Below are positions 61,601-64,000 of a stretch of DNA of 64,000 bases, one piece after another. The notes under the pieces were generated by a model, which was given only the letters and a program-made list of their open reading frames with translations, was not told where the DNA came from and searched no databases. The DNA is from Eledone cirrhosa. Lineage: Eukaryota. The number at the start of each line of letters is the position of its first letter. The stretch's first letter is position 1. The translations under genes and the position numbers were made by a program. Location: NCBI GenBank assembly GCA_964016885.1, contig OZ024742.1:164176001-164240000 (forward strand), read 5' to 3'.

Positions 61601-64000
61601 CGGCTGAAAATTATCTCTCCTTGGACGGCTGGAAATTATCTCCCCTTGATTTTTTTTACAAATTATCTCCCCCTGATTATTTTTTACAAATTATCTCCCC
61701 CTGATTTTTTTTTACAAATTATCTCCCCCTGATTTTTTTTACAAATTATCTCCCCCTGATTTTTTTACAAATTATCTCCCCTTGGCTGGCTGGAAATTAT
61801 CTCCCCTTGGAGGCTGGAATTTATCTCCCCTTGGACGGTTAGAAATTACCTCTCCTTGGACGGCTGGAAAATATGTCTCCTTGGACGGCTGGAAATTATC
61901 GCCCCTTGGACGGCTGGAAATTATCTCCCCTTGGACGGCTGGAAATTATCTCTCCTCGGACGGCTAGAAATTACCTCTCCTTGGACAGCTGAAAATTATC
62001 TCCCCTTGGACGGCTGGAAATTATCTCCCCTTGATTTTTTTTACAAATTATCTCCCCCTGATTTTTTTTTACAAATTATCTCCCCCTGATTTTTTTTTAC
62101 AAATTATCTCCCCCTGATTTTTTTTTACAAATTATCTCCCCCTGATATTTTTTACAAATTATCTCCCCCTGATTTTTTTACAAATTATCTCCCCTTGGCT
62201 GGCTGGAAATTATCTCCCCTTGGAGGCTGGAATTTATCTCCCCTTAGACGGCTAGAAATTACCTCGCCTTGGACGGCTGGAAAATATGTCTCCTTGGACG
62301 GCTGGAAATTATCTCCCCTTGGACGGCTGGAAATTATCTCCCCTTGGACGGCTGGAAATTATCTCCCCTTGGACGGCTAGATATTACCTCCCCTTGGACG
62401 GCTGGAAATTATCTCCCCTTGATTTTTTTTACAAATTATCTCCCCCTGATTTTTTTTTACAAATTATCTCCCCCAGATTTTTTTTTACGAATTATCTCCC
62501 CCCGATTTTTTTTTACAAATTATCTCCGCCTGATTTTTTTAAAAAAATTATCTCCCCTTGAACGGCTGGAAATTATCTCCCCTTGGACGGCTGGAAATTA
62601 TCTCCCCTTGGACGGCTAGAAATTACCTCTCCTTGGACGGCTGAAAATTATCTCCCCTTGGACGGCTGCAAATTATCTCCCCTTGATTTTTTAACAAATT
62701 ATCTCCCCCTGATTTTTTTTTACAAATTATCTCCCCCTGATTTTTTTTTACAAATTATCTCCCCCTGATTTTTTTACAAATTATCTCCCCCTGATTTTTT
62801 TTACAATCTCCGCCTGATTTTTTTAAAAATTATCTTCCCTTGGCTGGCGGGAAATTATCTCCCCTTGGACGGCTGGAAATTATATCCCCTTGGAAGGATG
62901 GAAATTATCTCCCCTTGGACGGCTGGAAATTATCTCCCCTTTGACGGCTGGAAATTATCTCCCCTTGGACAGCTGGAAATTATCTGCCCTTGATTTTGTT
63001 TTTACAAATTATCTCCCCCTGATTTTTTTTACAAATTATCTCCACCTGATTTTTTAAAAAATTATCTCCCCTTGGACGGCTGGAAATTATCTCCCCTTGA
63101 TTTTTTTAGAAATTATCTCCCCCTGATTTTTTTTACAAATTATCTCCCCCTGATTTTTTGTTACAAATTATCTCCCCCTGATTTTTTTAAAAATTATCTC
63201 CCCCTGATTTTTTTTACAAATTATCTCCGCCTGATTTTTTTAAATATTATCTTCCCTTGGCTGGCGGGAAATTATCTCCCCTTGGACGGCTGAAAATTAT
63301 CTCCCCTTGGACGGCTGGAAATTATCTCCCCTTGATTTTTTTACAAATTATCTCCCCCTGATTTTTTTTTACAAATTATCTCCCCCTGATTTTTTTTACA
63401 AATTATCTCCCCCTGATTTTTTTTTACAAATTATCTCCCCCTGATTTTTTTTTACAAATTATCTCCCCCTGATTTTTTTACAAATTATCTCCCCTTGGCT
63501 AGCTGGAAATTATCTCCCCTTGGAGGCTGGAATTTATCTCCCCTTGGACGGCTAGAAATTACCTCTCCTTGGACGGCTGGAAAATATGTCTCCTTGGACG
63601 GCTGGATATTATCTACCCTTGGACGGCTGGAAATTATCTCCCCTTGGACGGCTGGAAATTATCTCCCCTTGGACGGCTAGATATTACCTCCCCTTGGACG
63701 GCTGGAAATTATCTCCCCTTGATTTTTTTTACAAATTATCTCCCCCTGATTTTTTTTTACGAATTATCTCCCCCTGATTTTTTTTTACAAATTATCTCCG
63801 CCTGATTTTTTTTTTAAATTATCTCCCCTTGAACGGCTGGAAATTATCTCCCCTTGGACGGCTGGAAATTATCTCCCCTTGGACGGCTAGAAATTACCTC
63901 TCCTTGGACGGCTGAAAATTATCTCCCCTTGGACGGCTGCAAATTATCTCCCCTTGATTTTTTTAACAAATTATCTTCCCCTGATTTTTTTTTACAAATT
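61520..64000 (+). repeat. Start of a copy of 53.0 kb onward, offset 8493 bp (probable tandem HOR truncated by the window end)
   Basis: 53289>61782, 53702>62195, 54090>62583, 54579>63072, 55002>63495 (all 8493); shared rare variants CCCAGAT, TTTAGAAAT, TCTTCCCCTG. Confidence 0.88.

Larger units (their letters stand above)
1..64000 (+). repeat. Composite two-monomer tandem satellite array (25-bp A units and 26-29-bp B units in alternating runs), extending beyond both window edges
   Basis: The core AAATTATCTCCCC or a close variant recurs every ~21-29 bp from the first to the last line, always in the same orientation; no non-repeat sequence seen. Confidence 0.99.

Noticed and set aside
686-63805. 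All ORFs in the track, including the 248-aa ORFs at 13004, 20773 and 56124
   Set aside because: Canonical monomer A has no plus-strand stop in any frame, so three units translate to the cyclic peptide GWKLSPLGRLEIISPWTAGNYLPLD in every frame. The ORFs overlap in several frames, mostly start at TTG, and end wherever poly-T length brings TGA/TAG into frame. No frame preservation and no recognisable domain.
1-64000. CRISPR array (constant repeat plus variable spacer)
   Set aside because: The intervening segments are only 9-13 nt and of two recurrent types rather than unique 25-45-nt spacers; no leader or cas genes.
1-64000. Telomerase-synthesised long telomeric repeat (25-bp units occur in some budding yeasts)
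   Set aside because: Ordered variants and kb-scale duplications preserving point mutations indicate copying from DNA by recombination, not de novo synthesis from an RNA template. A subtelomeric or recombination-maintained telomere location is not excluded.
1-64000. Pure sequencing or assembly artefact (concatemer or homopolymer noise)
   Set aside because: Hierarchically shared substitutions and conserved T-tract lengths between copies up to 43 kb apart argue for a real evolved array. Individual near-identical duplications could still be assembly errors.

Overview
The whole 64 kb window is one uninterrupted, head-to-tail tandem repeat (satellite) array. I found no unique sequence, inversion, transposon insertion, RNA gene or credible protein-coding gene. 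It is built from two short monomer families sharing a 16-nt core, AAATTATCTCCCC(T/C)TG. Monomer A is 25 bp (AAATTATCTCCCCTTGGACGGCTGG). Monomer B is 26-29 bp (AAATTATCTCCCCCTGA-T7-10-AC). A and B occur in alternating runs of about 1-12 units, roughly 2,400-2,500 monomers in total (64,000/~26). Particular variants occupy fixed positions within the runs, giving a handful of stereotyped cassettes. These cassettes are organised into nested, irregular higher-order duplications, with offsets of about 0.47, 2.78, 3.1-3.4, 4.02 (twice), 7.77, 8.5-8.8, 34-35 and 43.1 kb, read from recurring variants and the ORF track. All listed ORFs are repeat read-through artefacts. The picture best fits eukaryotic heterochromatic (peri/centromeric or subtelomeric) satellite DNA, but the organism and function cannot be determined from the sequence alone.
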